Assembly (NCBI GenBank): GCA_002633005.1
Contig: NMRA01000724.1
Span: forward strand, 68,328-132,327
Length of the DNA stretch: 64,000 bases
Direction: 5' to 3'
From: Phoronis australis
Lineage: Eukaryota > Animalia > Phoronida
Shown here: positions 13,412 through 27,198 of the stretch, piece by piece
Position numbering within the stretch: the stretch's first letter is position 1
Layout of the letters: the number at the start of each line of letters is the position of its first letter
The notes under the pieces: generated by a model
The model's database searches: none
What the model saw: the letters and a program-made list of their open reading frames with translations, nothing else
What the model was told of the DNA's origin: nothing
Made by a program: the position numbers and the translations under genes

Positions 13412-13636
13412 NNNNNNNNNNNNNNNNNNNNNNNNNNNNNNNNNNNNNNNNNNNNNNNNNNNNNNNNNNNNNNNNNNNNNNNNNNNNNNNNNNNNNNNNN
13501 NNNNNNNNNNNNNNNNNNNNNNNNNNNNNNNNNNNNNNNNNNNNNNNNNNNNNNNNNNNNNNNNNNNNNNNNNNNNNNNNNNNNNNNNNNNNNNNNNNNN
13601 NNNNNNNNNNNNNNNNNNNNNNNNNNNNNNNNNNNN
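13412..13636. other. Assembly gap (N run)
   Basis: Run of N. Confidence 1.
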
Positions 13637-14095
13637 AATCGTGGTGGTGTAGTGACTAGTGGTAAAGCACGCGCGCTTTATCCGCCAGGTCGTAAGTTCG
13701 AGTCTGTGGTACCTACAGTTATTCCTGTTTAACACGTTCGCCGTGTTTTTATTTTTGCCTTTCTTTATTGGATAATACTTCAGGAATCAAGAAAAATGCT
13801 TGATTTTTAGAGGAAAAAACAGAAAAATTTCCTGGGCGGGAGGGGGCATCTACAATCGTGGTTTGCCCAAATGCTTACAGCCGTACAAAATGTTGGACCC
13901 CCTCTTGTGATATCCTAGATCCGCCACTGAGTCGTTTTATTGCATTCTTCTTTGCTGTTAGCCTCCTCTCCAATGCCTCAAGATACTGCGGTGGATCAGT
14001 GAGTGCGCTGCGAAACTTTTTTTCACGAAAGACGTCGCTCTAGTCGGCTTGTGTAGTATACACCGGTGACCTAAAGTCGTGAATATAAGCATAAC
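13637..14095. repeat. Near-identical copy of 12140-12599 (probably the alternative haplotype)
   Basis: About 3 differences seen by eye over 460 bp; begins exactly at the gap edge. Confidence 0.9.
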
Positions 14096-16139
14096 ACGTC
14101 CGGGTGTTCGTTGACGTTCGTAAGCAGACGAACGCTGGAAACTTCAACGCCAGATGCCGCAGGACCGCGCAGAAGAGGAAATAAGATCGTTCACGACTTT
14201 AGGGCACTCACGACTTTAGGACCTCTGACGGTATATTTCGCCGCAGGCGAAAAGGCCCGTACGTATATGCGCATTGCCTGGGAAATTCCCCAAGTGACGC
14301 AGTTCTTCAGTGGCTCAGAAGAGGAAAGAATTACTGATTCCTGTATCTTCATAAAATATTCGAGCACCTGCCTTCAGAAGGTGAGCATGCACTTTTAAAA
14401 GACGTTTTGTAAGAGGGTAGGCAGGTAGGCTTGCGCAATTCGGAATTTGTAGAATTTGGACTGATCAGATTTCTTTGATCTCGTGCACATCTCAACTTTA
14501 CCGAGATTTCTTTGGTGAAATTGGAGACAGCGTGATGGTTCAAGCGTAGATTTCTTGTCTTAGTTTGGAAGGCTCATATGTTACAAATCAGTTGACCTTG
14601 CCTGGCAGCCTGGCTTATCTCTCGCAGGCGTCCTCAGCTTCTTATCGTTCACAATACACTATAATATTAATAATAACAATACTACAAGGTAGCTTATGAC
14701 ACTCCGCACTAGAAATTCCACGGGTGCTTCATTTCAGCCGTCCACAACAGCAACCGACATACACATGTACCCGTGGGGCGGGGACAATCGAGAAAAGAAA
14801 GATAAATGCCGATAAGAGAGGAAACTGAAGAAAACATTTAACAACTCTGTATCAGTGTATCAGGTTTAAGGGTCTCCACTTTTGCAGCACAGGTAGTCTA
14901 AATGCACTTGGAAACGTGCACGTAATGATTTCGAAAAACCAACAGCATTTGTACTGTAAAGCTTTTGCAGAGCGTATTAATTTGCTGGATTTTTAAATTC
15001 AGTAAGTCAATTTTGCGACTGCAAAACCATATTTTTCCAGAGGCCCCTCTCTGGCAATTGATAACGGAGACAACTGTCGCTTTTTTCTCGAATTTTATAT
15101 CATTTGGGAAAAATTGATGATCTCGCAGATATCATCAGTTGCTGCACATTTCTTGATTTCTGAAACGATAATATATTTTCACATAGAGGGGCCCCACGTC
15201 TAAAGGTGATTGTTGACATTAATTCAAGTGGCAACAGTTTTTATGTTTTATTGACAAATTTTTAAGGGTACTCACGGAGAGACTCGATTACGTATATTTT
15301 CCTGTTTTTTATGAAACCGTTCAACCAACTTTCTTGTTGAAGAAGGTCACTTCCTGCACGGCGTTGTCTGACCACACAATGATGGAATGAACTGTCACTC
15401 TTTTCCAAGCTTAATGATATTTAGCTTTTCATAATTTATGTGTCCCCATTTTAGACGGGACCCTCTCTCGGTGGAGCAGTTCAGAGAAATGTCCCTTTGT
15501 CCCTTTATACATGTACATCCGACACGGCCAAGTATTCATGAGGGAAGTTGTGATTCAGAATTCATCAACAAAGCATTCGTGCACAGAACTGCAGTATCAA
15601 GACATTCGACCCAAACATCAAAAATTTGTGACAAAATACAATAGGATTGACCGCCATCGAAAGGGAGTCAGGAATTTTAAAGAACGTGAAGACCGCTATT
15701 TGTTAATTACAAAAAAGACTATTTCCGATGGTTAGTTATAAAATAATGTTACTGTTTCCCATATTATCACAAGAATAATATCTCTTTTGAAGATAGTTAC
15801 TATGAATTGTTTGTAAGGAATTTCCACATGTGGAAAGAACTGCTGTCGAGGCTACCATTTGGGTGACCGTGTACATATCAAACAAGTATACTCAAATACT
15901 CGCAATAATAAACAAATTAAACAAATATTTCAGTGTTTTTTAGGTCAAGTTAAACTCGTGAACTGTTATAGGTACCTCAGAAAGAGCAAAAATACACCTT
16001 ACTATGAATTCCAATCTCGCATTTTCCCCAGTTACCAATAAAAAATCTGCGAGCATGCCTGCAGAAATTGCGTATAACGTTCCATTTTTATCAACAAATT
16101 CTGTGGTTTCTGATTCATATGTTTATGTAGTTTATGTAT

Positions 16140-16730
16140 TTACGAAAACCGACAGGTTAATAGGTGATTTTTGGCAATTAGAAGCTAATCTTTTAAGAAA
16201 GGATGACGATTCATGGAATTAAGTTGAAGCCTGAATATGGAAAAAGCTATAATCCGATCCCCAAATAGTAAGTGCACTTGGACGCTCAGTTTTTGCCTAT
16301 CTAAAAAAACTCTCAAAAACATTGATGAAATTTGGACACTTCCCAAAAAAATTCTCACAAGAATTCAAATGACAATAAATGCATTGCTTTTTGACTTCGG
16401 TACAAGTTTTGTTGTTTAAAGTCACTACCAGGGGATCTAAAAGGATCTAAGTAATTAAATCAAGGTAAACGCATTGTTCTGAAGGATTTGATTGTTGGTT
16501 CCTGATTTACATTGTTATGTATCTACGAAAGTGGACTGATTGAGGTTGATTTTTTGACAATTAGAAGCAAATCTTGTAGGAAATGACAATCCTTCAATGA
16601 ACTTAATTGCAGGCTGACATTGGGAAAATTCGATATATCATCAGATCCCCAAATATATAAGTACATTAAACGATTTTTGTCTATCTAAAATAAGCCTCAT
16701 TCAAAATTGATGAATTTCAGACAGCTCAAC
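16140..16730. repeat. Diverged two-copy tandem repeat, period roughly 380 bp
   Basis: caattagaagc.aatctt and gatccccaaata...aagt.cac/cat motifs recur at about 16175/16558 and 16255/16645. Confidence 0.55.
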
Positions 16731-19700
16731 AATGTGTCCTAAATTGTTCTCACAATAGCGGAGTTGCAACGCCACCATATTGGAAATGGGTCAGAATGTT
16801 GCATTGTGGTTAAGCCGGTAAACAAGTACGTCGGCAAGCGTGGGGGCGAACCGGCCACAGGGAGGTTATACGTGTTGTGTGCCTGGCATGCTATAATACC
16901 AGTTAGCGAGATAAAAAAAATTAGTTACTACCTGTTTCCCAAGGATCAAGAACTGCGTTAAACATGGGTCAGAGACATTAGTAGAGCTGGTAGCAAAGGC
17001 CGACGTGAATTCTTCCCGACTTGGTAGCATAAAGTATGCAGCGCTCATTTTGAGGGCTGCAAGAAAACGTATCTTGGAAACTGCCCAACAATATCTCCCT
17101 TCAAAGAAACAGTAACAAAATACTCTACGGGGGTTGGTAGTGAAAAAAAAACTTGTTTTCGCTTGACCAGAACCAAGCCAACATGAGCAATTTTGAGGAT
17201 AATGCCTCTGCACAATCACCTGTTCTGGGTCAACACACTTAACGTACGCTCACTATATGTATTACGCGCTAGAATAAAGCGTGCAGAATATTATTATTTA
17301 CTTTCTACAAAATTGTGGGGCATTGCTATCAAAATTCGTTGTTAAATTACGATAATTTTTCATAAAATTGTGTTGGAAGTCCCAGGGCGAAATCTTGCCG
17401 GCAAATGCGTAGCTGCCGGTCTCGCAATCGTCGATAGGGCTTGAATTCTTGAATAAGAATACAGCTTCGACTTAACAAATTACCTGAAATCCTCCTCAAG
17501 TTTTCCAAATAGCGTCTCTAAGATTTTTAAGTTCTTGTGAAGTCTGGATTAACTGCAGATTAAGTCCAAATCTGCGATAGATTGCAGCCCGCAACACAAT
17601 AAAAATCTCTGGAGGAACACACATGTTGTCACGTGACGTTTGTTTTGAAGTTTGTATGCGTGTGTGTGACCGTAAGCGTGCGTGTGCTTGTCATCAGAGT
17701 TCATTTGCCAGAGTAATGTAATGATCTAGGTGTGCATTGTATCCAAAGAAATTAAGTCAAGCAGTCAAGCAGAGCGTGTTTTAATATTTAGCTTAGCACT
17801 TGCTGGCCTCATCTGCTAAAAAACATTTGAGAATTGTTTCGGTAAGACCGATATGTCACTCATTGAGTCGCCGGGTGAGTGGATGCGTGACCGTAGTATA
17901 ACAGCTATTTTCCGGAAGATCTGGGGTGTAAGGGTGCGAAGTGGGTCATTTTGACCTTAAAAACACCAATTACGATTAGTTAAATAATTTCTCTAAAAAA
18001 ACGCAAAAGTTTTTTACAGTATTAGAAACTTTCGGAAATTAGTGCCAATATTTATTTGCCGATGCTTTGTTACCCATTTCATGAATAGATAGTTCCCGAC
18101 TAAATGTCTTCGATGACAGCCGGTACATTATGCAGCGCTCGCTTCTTGGCCGCGTGCTAACATTGGTCGATTTTTTTATTAGTCTTTGATTCACGGTTTT
18201 CACGTGTACAAAGAAGTTTGGATTCCTGTTGAGGCCGGAGAAGATCTGTACCGGAAAGAAACAATGCAAGGCCGCTGACAAGTACGCTGCATCTCTTTTC
18301 AAAGTCCACACCCGCGTAGTGGGGCACATCCCTCGCAAGAGTAGCAAAACTTCTGCGTTCTTTTTGAATCGCGGCGTAAGTTTGAAGTATATACGGACAT
18401 AACGGTGAGGCTCGTGGTCTACAAATTCAGGACTGTCGGATCTTTCGATTGATGAAATTGGAGACGTTAGAACTGTAGGTAAGGGCAGTTTTCGCATGTA
18501 GTTCATGGGCTGAGCGCTTACTTTAGCAAAGTCTAAAAAGGCGTTGGGCATGGGCACTTATTAGGGCGAATAGCGGTAGAATTGCATACAGCAGCGTAGT
18601 TTAATGCACACAAATCACACGTCATGCAAACCAATCGGCCATTCCATTTACCCTTATCAATCCCAATAGCCTTTGCGCACCCTAATTTCCAGACATGAGC
18701 AATTGTTAAATCGATTCGGTTGCAACTCCGCTATTCAAATGACAATAAATTGATTATTGGCTTAGGAACTAGATTACAGAGTTTAAATTTACAAACCGTA
18801 GATTGAAAACGAAGTTTAAGTACTTATAAATAAATAAAATCAAACTTATTGGTCATCAACTTGGAAAGGTTGTCTTTGAACTTTTTTGATGTTTTTGGTT
18901 TCCAGTAGTATTGCGCAATGAATTTTTGTTCTTCAAAACTAAATCGTTCATACTACATGTACGGCATGCGTGCACCCAGCCTAAAATATAGGGGGGGCTC
19001 GAATTTTTGAGGATGTGGACCTTTTACTAAAGGGACATGAGTTGTGCATGTGCAGAATCCTGCCTTTTTAGTGGATTTTTGTGTCTTTTTTCTCGGTCTT
19101 TTTGTTTCGGATGAACGGCAGTTGCCGATTTGTCCCGTAAAGTTAGGAAATCATGTCAATCGGCAATTGCTGTTCATCCGTAACTCATCGGATAATTCCG
19201 TATCGTCCTTGATCTTCGATTTACTGAGGAGTTGCTCCGGACGGGCTTTTTGGGAAGATTTTTGTGCTTTGGCCGCGAATTTCTTTAGAACTGGGTAAAG
19301 CAGGGCACCGTAAGTGGTATTGGGAGAAAGAACAGTTCCTCATGGTTTGTTGAACCTCTGTTTTGTGTAAATTTATTGAGTTTTGTGTTTGCTATGGACG
19401 GCTGAAGTGAAGCACCCATGGAATTTCTAGTCCGGAGTGTCACACCTTGTAGTATATTATGTACATATATATATATATATACGGCATTTTTTCACTCAGG
19501 GTTCACACTTTTGTTTCAGAAATGGCATTTTATGAAGTTTTAATTTCAGCTTTGGGACTTCTTTTATTGGATTCAACATGACATATGGAATATCGGGTTA
19601 AATTTTTGTGAAGTATCCTCATTTAGTTTTTAAGGTTTGGCCTGTTGAAATAACAAAAATAAAATTAATAAGAAATGTGGGCTACGGAGAATACATGATC

Positions 19701-20084
19701 GGTATTGTTACATCCATGTTGGAAAAGACTTAACTCTGGCTTAGGAACAAGCAAGTTTATTACTCTGGTAACTCATGTGCTTGATCACTGAACATCAATA
19801 TAAAAACTTGGTTCAAACCTGTGTATAATTCACAAGGTGTGAATATACAAATGAAACATAGCAATTTTATTTAATCCTTAGACATACTTAGCACTTAACT
19901 ATCATCAGAGTCACATCACTGTCAAAAGGAATGCCTAATTACATAAAGTACCATCAATGAAGTACAGGAAAACACTTTTAATTATCAGTAAACATAAATC
20001 ATTGTTTGCACAAATAAATCTCACATAACACAGAGGTCAGTGAGGGGCTACGGAGAATACAAAATGCGAAGGTAACTATTTGTG

Positions 20085-21114
20085 CAGGGCTCGACGCTAA
20101 TAAAATCGCCAGGTCGCATTTTGCGACCTAGCCAAAATCCCAGGTCGCATTTTCAAAATCCAGCTCGCATTCGTAAATGCCAGGTCGCAAAATTTTCCCG
20201 CCATTTTTACGCGCCAAAACAGATTTTTTAGATCATCGGGAAAATGTTTAGATTATGCTCTTACCTGCAGCGTTAAATACTCACAAATTTCGGATTTCAA
20301 AATTGACTTCATTCATGCAGGTACGGCCTTACTGTTCTTCACGACCGCCATTGAAAGTCTCTAGAGCGCAAGGCAAGTTGCNNNNNNNNNNNNNNNNNNN
20401 NNNNNNNNNNNNNNNNNNNNNNNNNNNNNNNNNNNNNNNNNNNNNNNNNNNNNNNNNNNNNNNNNNNNNNNNNNNNNNNNNNNNNNNNNNNNNNNNNNNN
20501 NNNNNNNNNNNNNNNNNNNNNNNNNNNNNNNNNNNNNNNNNNNNNNNNNNNNNNNNNNNNNNNNNNNNNNNNNNNNNNNNNNNNNNNNNNNNTGCGATAT
20601 CAGGGATATTGTCGTGGATATTTGGTACATGTAATAAGGACATCTTATGTGAAAAATAAGCATTTTTGTCCACCACAAAGTTTGGTAAGTTGATCGCTTA
20701 AGAATTAATAGAAACACCGCTGTTTTGTGAAGTTTTATCACGTGTAAGCATTAGTCCGAAACTTTCTTCGGCGAATCCGGGAATTTACAAAAGTGGCCGA
20801 AAGTGTTAGCCAATGAAACGCGTCAAAGATCGATTCTGCATATCCCATGTTCACGCGACTTGCTTACAAGTCATCGGGAGGCCTGTTCTCGGTTAGTGTT
20901 CTTTTCAACTTGGCAACAACCAAATAACGGTCGGATTAACAAGAGCTGCTTTGTATTTGCCACTTATCTGTTGAGAAGTGTAAAAACTCAGCTCGCATTC
21001 GTTGGAAATTCCAGGTCGCATTTTGCGACTTTATACGAGCTGACAAAAATCTCAGCTCGCATTTCCAAATTTCAGGTCGCAAATGCGACCTGCAGCTCGT
21101 TATGTCGAGCCCTG
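20085..21114. mobile_element. hAT-like MITE with 5-bp TSD, nested in the 19482 element and spanning the second gap
   Basis: cagggctcgac / gtcgagccctg termini, TSD TTGTG, subterminal caggtcgca repeats. Confidence 0.8.
20382..20592. other. Assembly gap (N run)
   Basis: Run of N. Confidence 1.
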
Positions 21115-23878
21115 TTGTGGGAAGAAAAATACCAGAGCAATGCAATAGAATTCATTTACTTGTCAATACTACTACTTTTGAATTACAAAAAACAGTTTAG
21201 AAAATGGGAGATAATACCGTCTTAATTTTCTTCACACTTGTGTAAATACAAAAATATAACATAAAAGGGAAATTAAAATTTTATCCTAGGACATACTCAG
21301 CTCTTAACTATCATCAGAGTCACATCACCATCAATGAGATGCCTATTTCCATCAACTACCCTCAAAGAAATATAGGAAAGCACTTTTCATCAACATGAAA
21401 ACATTGAATGCATAAATCTCACATAACACAGAGGTCATGGAGGGGGCTACGGAGAATACGAAATATGCAGATACCTGTTTATAAGTGGATGAACACTTGA
21501 GCAATGCAAAAGAATTCATTTACTTGTTAATACCAACACTTCTTAATGACCAAAGAACATCCATGTTTTATTAATAACGAGTTTAAACTGAAAAAGTAAT
21601 TTTAGCTAAACTTGCCTCAAATTCCACCCATAAATATTTTTTTTTAATTGTTCTTGTCTTGAAGAGTTTATTTGTTCCCATTTCCTCCATGCATGCACCT
21701 AGATACAATTTTTTTTCAAACCAAGTACCAACAATTCAAAGTTGGGGGCTACGGAGAATACAGGGGCTATGGAGAATACGAAAGACATTTTTGCTTATGA
21801 TCAATTCTAGTCCAGGGCTTGGTCTAATATTTTTTGTGGGCCAAAGATAGCTTCAAGATTCCCAATGTGCAGTATCAAATATCTTTTATTTATGGAAGAA
21901 TTTAATGGAATTTAGACAGGGCTACAGAGAATACACAGTTTTCCCTAGGTGACTGTGATATTATTTGGTTGAGGAATCCAATCACTAGGATATCTGGTAC
22001 AAATATGTGGTTTCTAAGTCAAATTCTATATACCATCAACCATTAAAAACACATTTCAAAACACTAGTAATGCTTTTCTTTTTCAGGCATGGCTATAAGA
22101 GAAGGAGCACATGCAAATTTACGTATTTTGCATAACGTTGACATCATTTTGCAAGTGTTTGACTTTTCAGATCCCTGCAATTTTCTATAGAAAAACAAGA
22201 AATACATGTTAGAATTATGAAAAAACATTAAATTTCAATTAAATGTGTGATTTAATTAAATGCTATGTGTATTAAAAACATGTGTAATGTTTCAGTGAAA
22301 CAAAATAACGATGGATTTCTGGCTATTTTCAGCTATATCAAGGATTACTCTGGCCATAATTAACATTTTTTCATACTTTAAAATGCGTAAATGTCATAAG
22401 TACCGGTGCTAAAACAAGATCATCATACAAATATCTGCCAAAGGTGAAGGAATTCTGTCAATATGATTGCATAACATAAAAAAATCTATTTTGCACCCTG
22501 AGTGAAAAAATGCCGATAGTGTATTGGGGACGATCAGAAGCTGAGGACGTCTGTGGCATGTCTGAAGAAAATTGTTTCTACCTATTCCGTGCTATTGTGG
22601 GGTGAATTAGTCTTATTATGATTGGGTAATAGTCAAGTAGGCGGGTCACTGATTTAAAATTGATTTGTGAACCAGTTACAGCCACTGACTGTTAAGCTGC
22701 CTACAGTGGGAGTCTTTTTTTTTCTCAGATCATGGACCCATGGGCACTGGTCAAGTATAGCGGTCCCTACCTGATTTTCATTACGTACCGTTGTCCTGAA
22801 GTGTAAATATCAAGAAATTTCCACTATCACGATCTAATCTAGAATCACTCATTTAAACTTGTCAGGCACGCTTTTTGTGTTGGTACAGTCACAGTGCAAT
22901 ACTACATGGTTAAGCTGGTCAGAGCTTATAGTCTGACAAATTGAAGGATCAACAGGTGAAATTTAAGAGTTAAATTTCTCTGAAAGTCGACAGTTTTTCT
23001 CCTTTCGAAGTTTTTTGGTGAAAGTATTCCATACCAAACACATCTGCTTTACAACATTTGTTGAAAGTGGTTTGCAAATAGTATATTTAAGTATTGATTA
23101 GTGCCAAGAGCCCTGTGCTGTTTACAACATAATTGCTGGATTACTTGAGCTTATCAGATGAAAGCAGACAATAAAAGAGCTGGACTATGTAAACATTGGT
23201 TTGCCACTGTCAAACTGCAGGACACAGCTGTAACCCAGCAGGCCCATCAGGCCGCTGAGAAACTCATTCCACAGCGTGGCTGCATAATGGAGAACCAGTA
23301 TCATCCACTGAATGTTAGGCCTGTTATTCAGTGATAGCCGTTTCTCTAAATCAGGGACTAGCTGCTATATCTGACAGTGTCGTTGATATATTGGTCTAAA
23401 GTCAATCATTTGAGGACAACCTTATGTAACCTGTATGACGATGACTCATGTTTTGCACACATTTTGAGTTTCAATATTTGGCCTCATTAGTAATTTGTTA
23501 TAATTCGCTGATTGCCTGTAAAACCGTGGACCCCTGTATTTGACTATAGGCCTATTATAGTTCCCTCAGTCGAGCCCAAGAACTCTTTTAAAGTGGCCAA
23601 CTGGACTAGGCAGGGGCTTGAAAATTTTTCAAAAAGGCATTTTGGTGTTCGGGAATTCAACAAGTTGGTGTTAAGGATTGGATTTGATCATTTCAGGCTC
23701 AGCATAAAGTACAAACTTAAGTTTTGACTCTACTTCGATACCATATGACAAGATTAACCGAAGAAGTCAGCATCACGGGTGTCAGAAGTGTAGAAAGCAA
23801 TCATGCCATAATTATCAGAAGGGACCTAGCTAATGTTTTAGAGTGTCATAATAAAAAAATGCTTGCACTCATATCATC

Positions 23879-23905
23879 ATGACAAGAGTACTACATCATA
23901 TTCTG
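23879..23905 (+). CDS. TNFR-superfamily gene, first coding exon (MTRVLHHIL, start of signal peptide)
   Basis: ATG followed by a strong donor CTG|GTAAGT, phase 0. Joined to exon 2 it gives a hydrophobic leader MTRVLHHILVLFFLCVHPSSSNG. Confidence 0.65.
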
Positions 23906-24652
23906 GTAAGTACCCTAATTCTATATAGGATTCAGCCTCAAAAAAATCCTAGTTATGGAGATTTTTAAAAACCTTCACTTTGCATATAGGCTTAATAGCA
24001 AACATTTGATGGCTAGGGGGAGGCACGGAAATTCTGTTCAGTTTTTCATTAAAAGATACTTTGCGTGTTGAAACTTTTAATAGCTAATTGTTAAATGATA
24101 GTCGTAGTAACACCCGGAATACTGGGGGAGGTAGAAACCTGTCTTCATCCCCAAGATTTTGATTGAGGGTGCACTTGCCCACCCCCTCAGCCCATGGTTT
24201 TTACGCCACCTATACGGTAGTGGACCAAATCCATTAAGCTGCCTTAGCTTTAAGAAATCTGCATACTGATGTAAAAGTTTTACTTAGCCCATCAGTAAAT
24301 TATGCTTTTTTGTCTTTGGTAAAGGCCACCTGAGTTGACTGCCAATACCTATCAGTCCTCCAAAGTTTTATTTTAACAAACTTAGTTAAGCCATGTAGCC
24401 ACCCTGAGTACTACCTTTGCCTGGAACTAAACCTCTCAAGCTACATATCACTTTCGTTTTATTTTGACCAATTTTTTAGGTTTTCTGATGAATGAGTGTT
24501 AACACTGTATATTATGTTTTTCTGTGAACACTCCAAGAAGACTCTTTGAATCAGAACCCAATTTCATCAAAATGTGAATAGGAAATACTTTGTCAACCAT
24601 TTTATTTCATTTGGAAAAGGTTTAATTCAGTTCTTGAAGTTGATATTTTCTG

Positions 24653-24786
24653 AATTACTGAAGCAGTGACTGGAAAATCTGAATATGTCCTAAAAGCATC
24701 CCATGATTGTCTATCAGGTACTACTATTATGGGATGCTTTAAGGTACCGTATATGTTCAGATTTTTCAGTCATTGCTTCAGTAATT
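24653..24786. repeat. 134-bp imperfect palindrome (foldback/MITE-like) in TNFR intron 1
   Basis: aattactgaagcagtgactggaaaatctgaa...aaagcatcccat pairs with atgggatgcttt...ttcagatttttcagtcattgcttcagtaatt. Confidence 0.8.
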
Positions 24787-25298
24787 GTGTATAAGCCATC
24801 ACCATTTTTGTGAAGTGCCGACTTCTTACTTTGAACAGGGACTTGTAAAAAACCTAAATTGCAGGCGAGAAAGAATAATTATTATGCTTTTTTGTTCGAA
24901 CAATTTTACAACATTTTTCCTCTAGAAAACAACTGAATTCAGGTACACTTATGGTAAAAATGTTGTCATTTTTGACTCTCAGTTAGTCTAGTGTTCCCTC
25001 CACCATAGCTCACAAATGATGTCCATACAAATCGCCCCTCTTACGTAAAAAATGGAGTTTCTGGAAATGGCCTAGGTAAAGATTTGCCACGCAGATGAAC
25101 ATGATTAAGTCATCCCAAACAAGTCGCTTACTTGACATGAAAATAATGTATAATTTTATTCCGTACATGAATATTGCGTTTTGAAAAAATGCATGAAAAT
25201 TTCTGATGATTCACAGTTTTGCTCTAATGAAGTTTGTTAAATGAAGTCACTAACGTCGTTCAGAAATTTGAGAAAGTTTGCTGTAATCTTTCTTTCAG

Positions 25299-25638
25299 GT
25301 TCTGTTTTTTCTCTGCGTTCATCCATCCAGCAGCAATGGTATAACTTGTCACCTGTGTCCACCTGGCTCACATCAATCTGCTCATTGTACTGCCAATCAG
25401 CCTACAAGATGTACACCCTGTGGTTTCACCAATTATATGCCAATCTACAACAAGGCTTCACAGTGTTTCAAATGTTGGACCTCTTGTCATGTTACACACC
25501 AAGTGATTGTAAAAAACTGCACGAGGACAACAAATATAGTCTGTCAATGTAAAACGGGATTTTATTTAAAGCACCGTGATCATCCTTCATGCAAGTCGCA
25601 CAGCTTTTGTCCCCCAGGCTTTGGCGTTGTCAGTGCAG
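25299..25638 (+). CDS. TNFR-superfamily gene, exon 2 (cysteine-rich domains)
   Basis: Acceptor tctttcAG, donor G|GTTTGT. Translates ...ITCHLCPPGSHQSAHCTANQPTRCTPCGFTNYMPIYNKASQCFKCWTSC...KNCTRTTNIVCQCKTGFYL...CKSHSFCPPGFGVVSAG, the canonical TNFR CRD cysteine spacing. Confidence 0.95.
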
Positions 25639-27198
25639 GTTTGTATTATTGTTGTTAATCCAGTGTCAATACTGCAGTAAAATCTTTCAAGTTTAGGACA
25701 CAATTGCCAGGCAAGTAAAAGATGTAGCACCAAAGATATCTTTTTGAGATGTCCTAGTTGTGTACTATAAGCTAACATCAGGCAATGTTTTGAGTAAATC
25801 TTATCTGTGAGGTAGCTCAAGATGTGCCATCTTCCTTCACTGCTACTTACTCAATCAACATGCTATTTCCCAGTCATGTCGACAAACGTGACAAGGCGGA
25901 AAAATTCTAATTACAAAATGGCTTTACAATCTTTATAACTATCCTGTTAATTCCTGTTCTTTCTTGTTCATGAAGGAAGACTACCCTCTGTCAATGAATC
26001 AGTTTTCACCCAGTTGTTGGGATTGGGCATTCCAGGTCATTTTGTCTGAATGCTTGTGGCTTGCACTGTACCATTCGTGAGTTATTTGTGATTTTCTGAT
26101 CTCATGATGAATTTCTAATAAGTTGTAAATTCACGATCATTTCACAACCCTTTTGGATTTGTTAAATTGCTATTTCCGTCTTTTATGTCATTGCCGTCCT
26201 CATCCTGTTGGTCATCATTCCAGTACTCAACGTCTTTTTGATCCATTTTTTCATTGTTTTTTTTTAGTATAAGTCAATTTCATGAGACCTAAACCACCGT
26301 CACTGTTGCCAATTTCCCCATCATTGGCACATCATCGTTGTCACTTGTAATCAGCAATTTTTTCAATATTGTCATCTTCATTAGGAGGCTTGTCTTGTGT
26401 ATTGAGTACTTTGTTGGCTTTGTCAAGATTCTCGACATTGGCAGCATTGTGTGACTGATGCACTGACTACAGTTAACATATAACAGTTACATTATTGTCA
26501 GAGCATTGTGGAGATCATCCTTGCCTGTGTCGTTGTTAGAGCAGTGCCTTTGTTGTCATTCTTACTCTGCGCGTGCAGCGCAGTGTTTTACTGTTCTACG
26601 TATTTTTTCTTCTCATTATTAATCTGCGCGTACAGCGCAGAGTTTTACTGTTCTACGTATTTTATCTTCATTTCTCTGCACGTTCAAGCGCAGAGTTTTA
26701 CTGTTCTACGTCTTCCTTCCTTTTTCAGATTGTTATTAATCTTGCATCATGTCGTTAACAGCGATCATATTCATTTTGGTTGATACGATAATGAAATGAT
26801 TTTTATTGATTATAATATTTTCACCTAAAATACACCAGAATGACCCGAAACAGGTCAAGGAGTGCATTCCTTTAAATATGCTTCTTGTAGAGGTTTTTAT
26901 ATAGAATCTTTGAATTTTGTAGCTAAGTAGGCGCTACCGAAGTGCATCTGAAATTTACTTGGTTATCCAATCGGATGAAGGAAACTGAGTTTCCGGGTCA
27001 AAGGTCATTAAATGCAAAAGTGATTTTTGAGCTAGACCTTTCATAATCATGCATATGATTACCGTTCATAAAGGTAGTTCAACCACAAACTGTGGGGTTA
27101 TTAGGTGCACTTTTCTCTTAAATTTCAGACTTTTCAATCTGCTCGTTCTTACATTATTCATTTTCGTGAGGGTTCATATTCATGGTTGTTCAACCAAT

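Larger units (their letters stand above)
19482..22515. mobile_element. 3-kb non-autonomous TIR element, superfamily unassigned
   Basis: TIR cggcattttttcactcagggt / accctgagtgaaaaaatgccg with ATA on both sides. Internal motif gggctacggagaatac recurs about 6-7 times. Confidence 0.8.

Noticed and set aside
13271-13735. ORFs spanning N runs (also 20255-20741)
   Set aside because: Artefacts of translating assembly gaps.
18039-18557. 172-aa minus-strand ORF
   Set aside because: Non-ATG start, no recognisable domain or splice structure; probably chance or decayed TE sequence.
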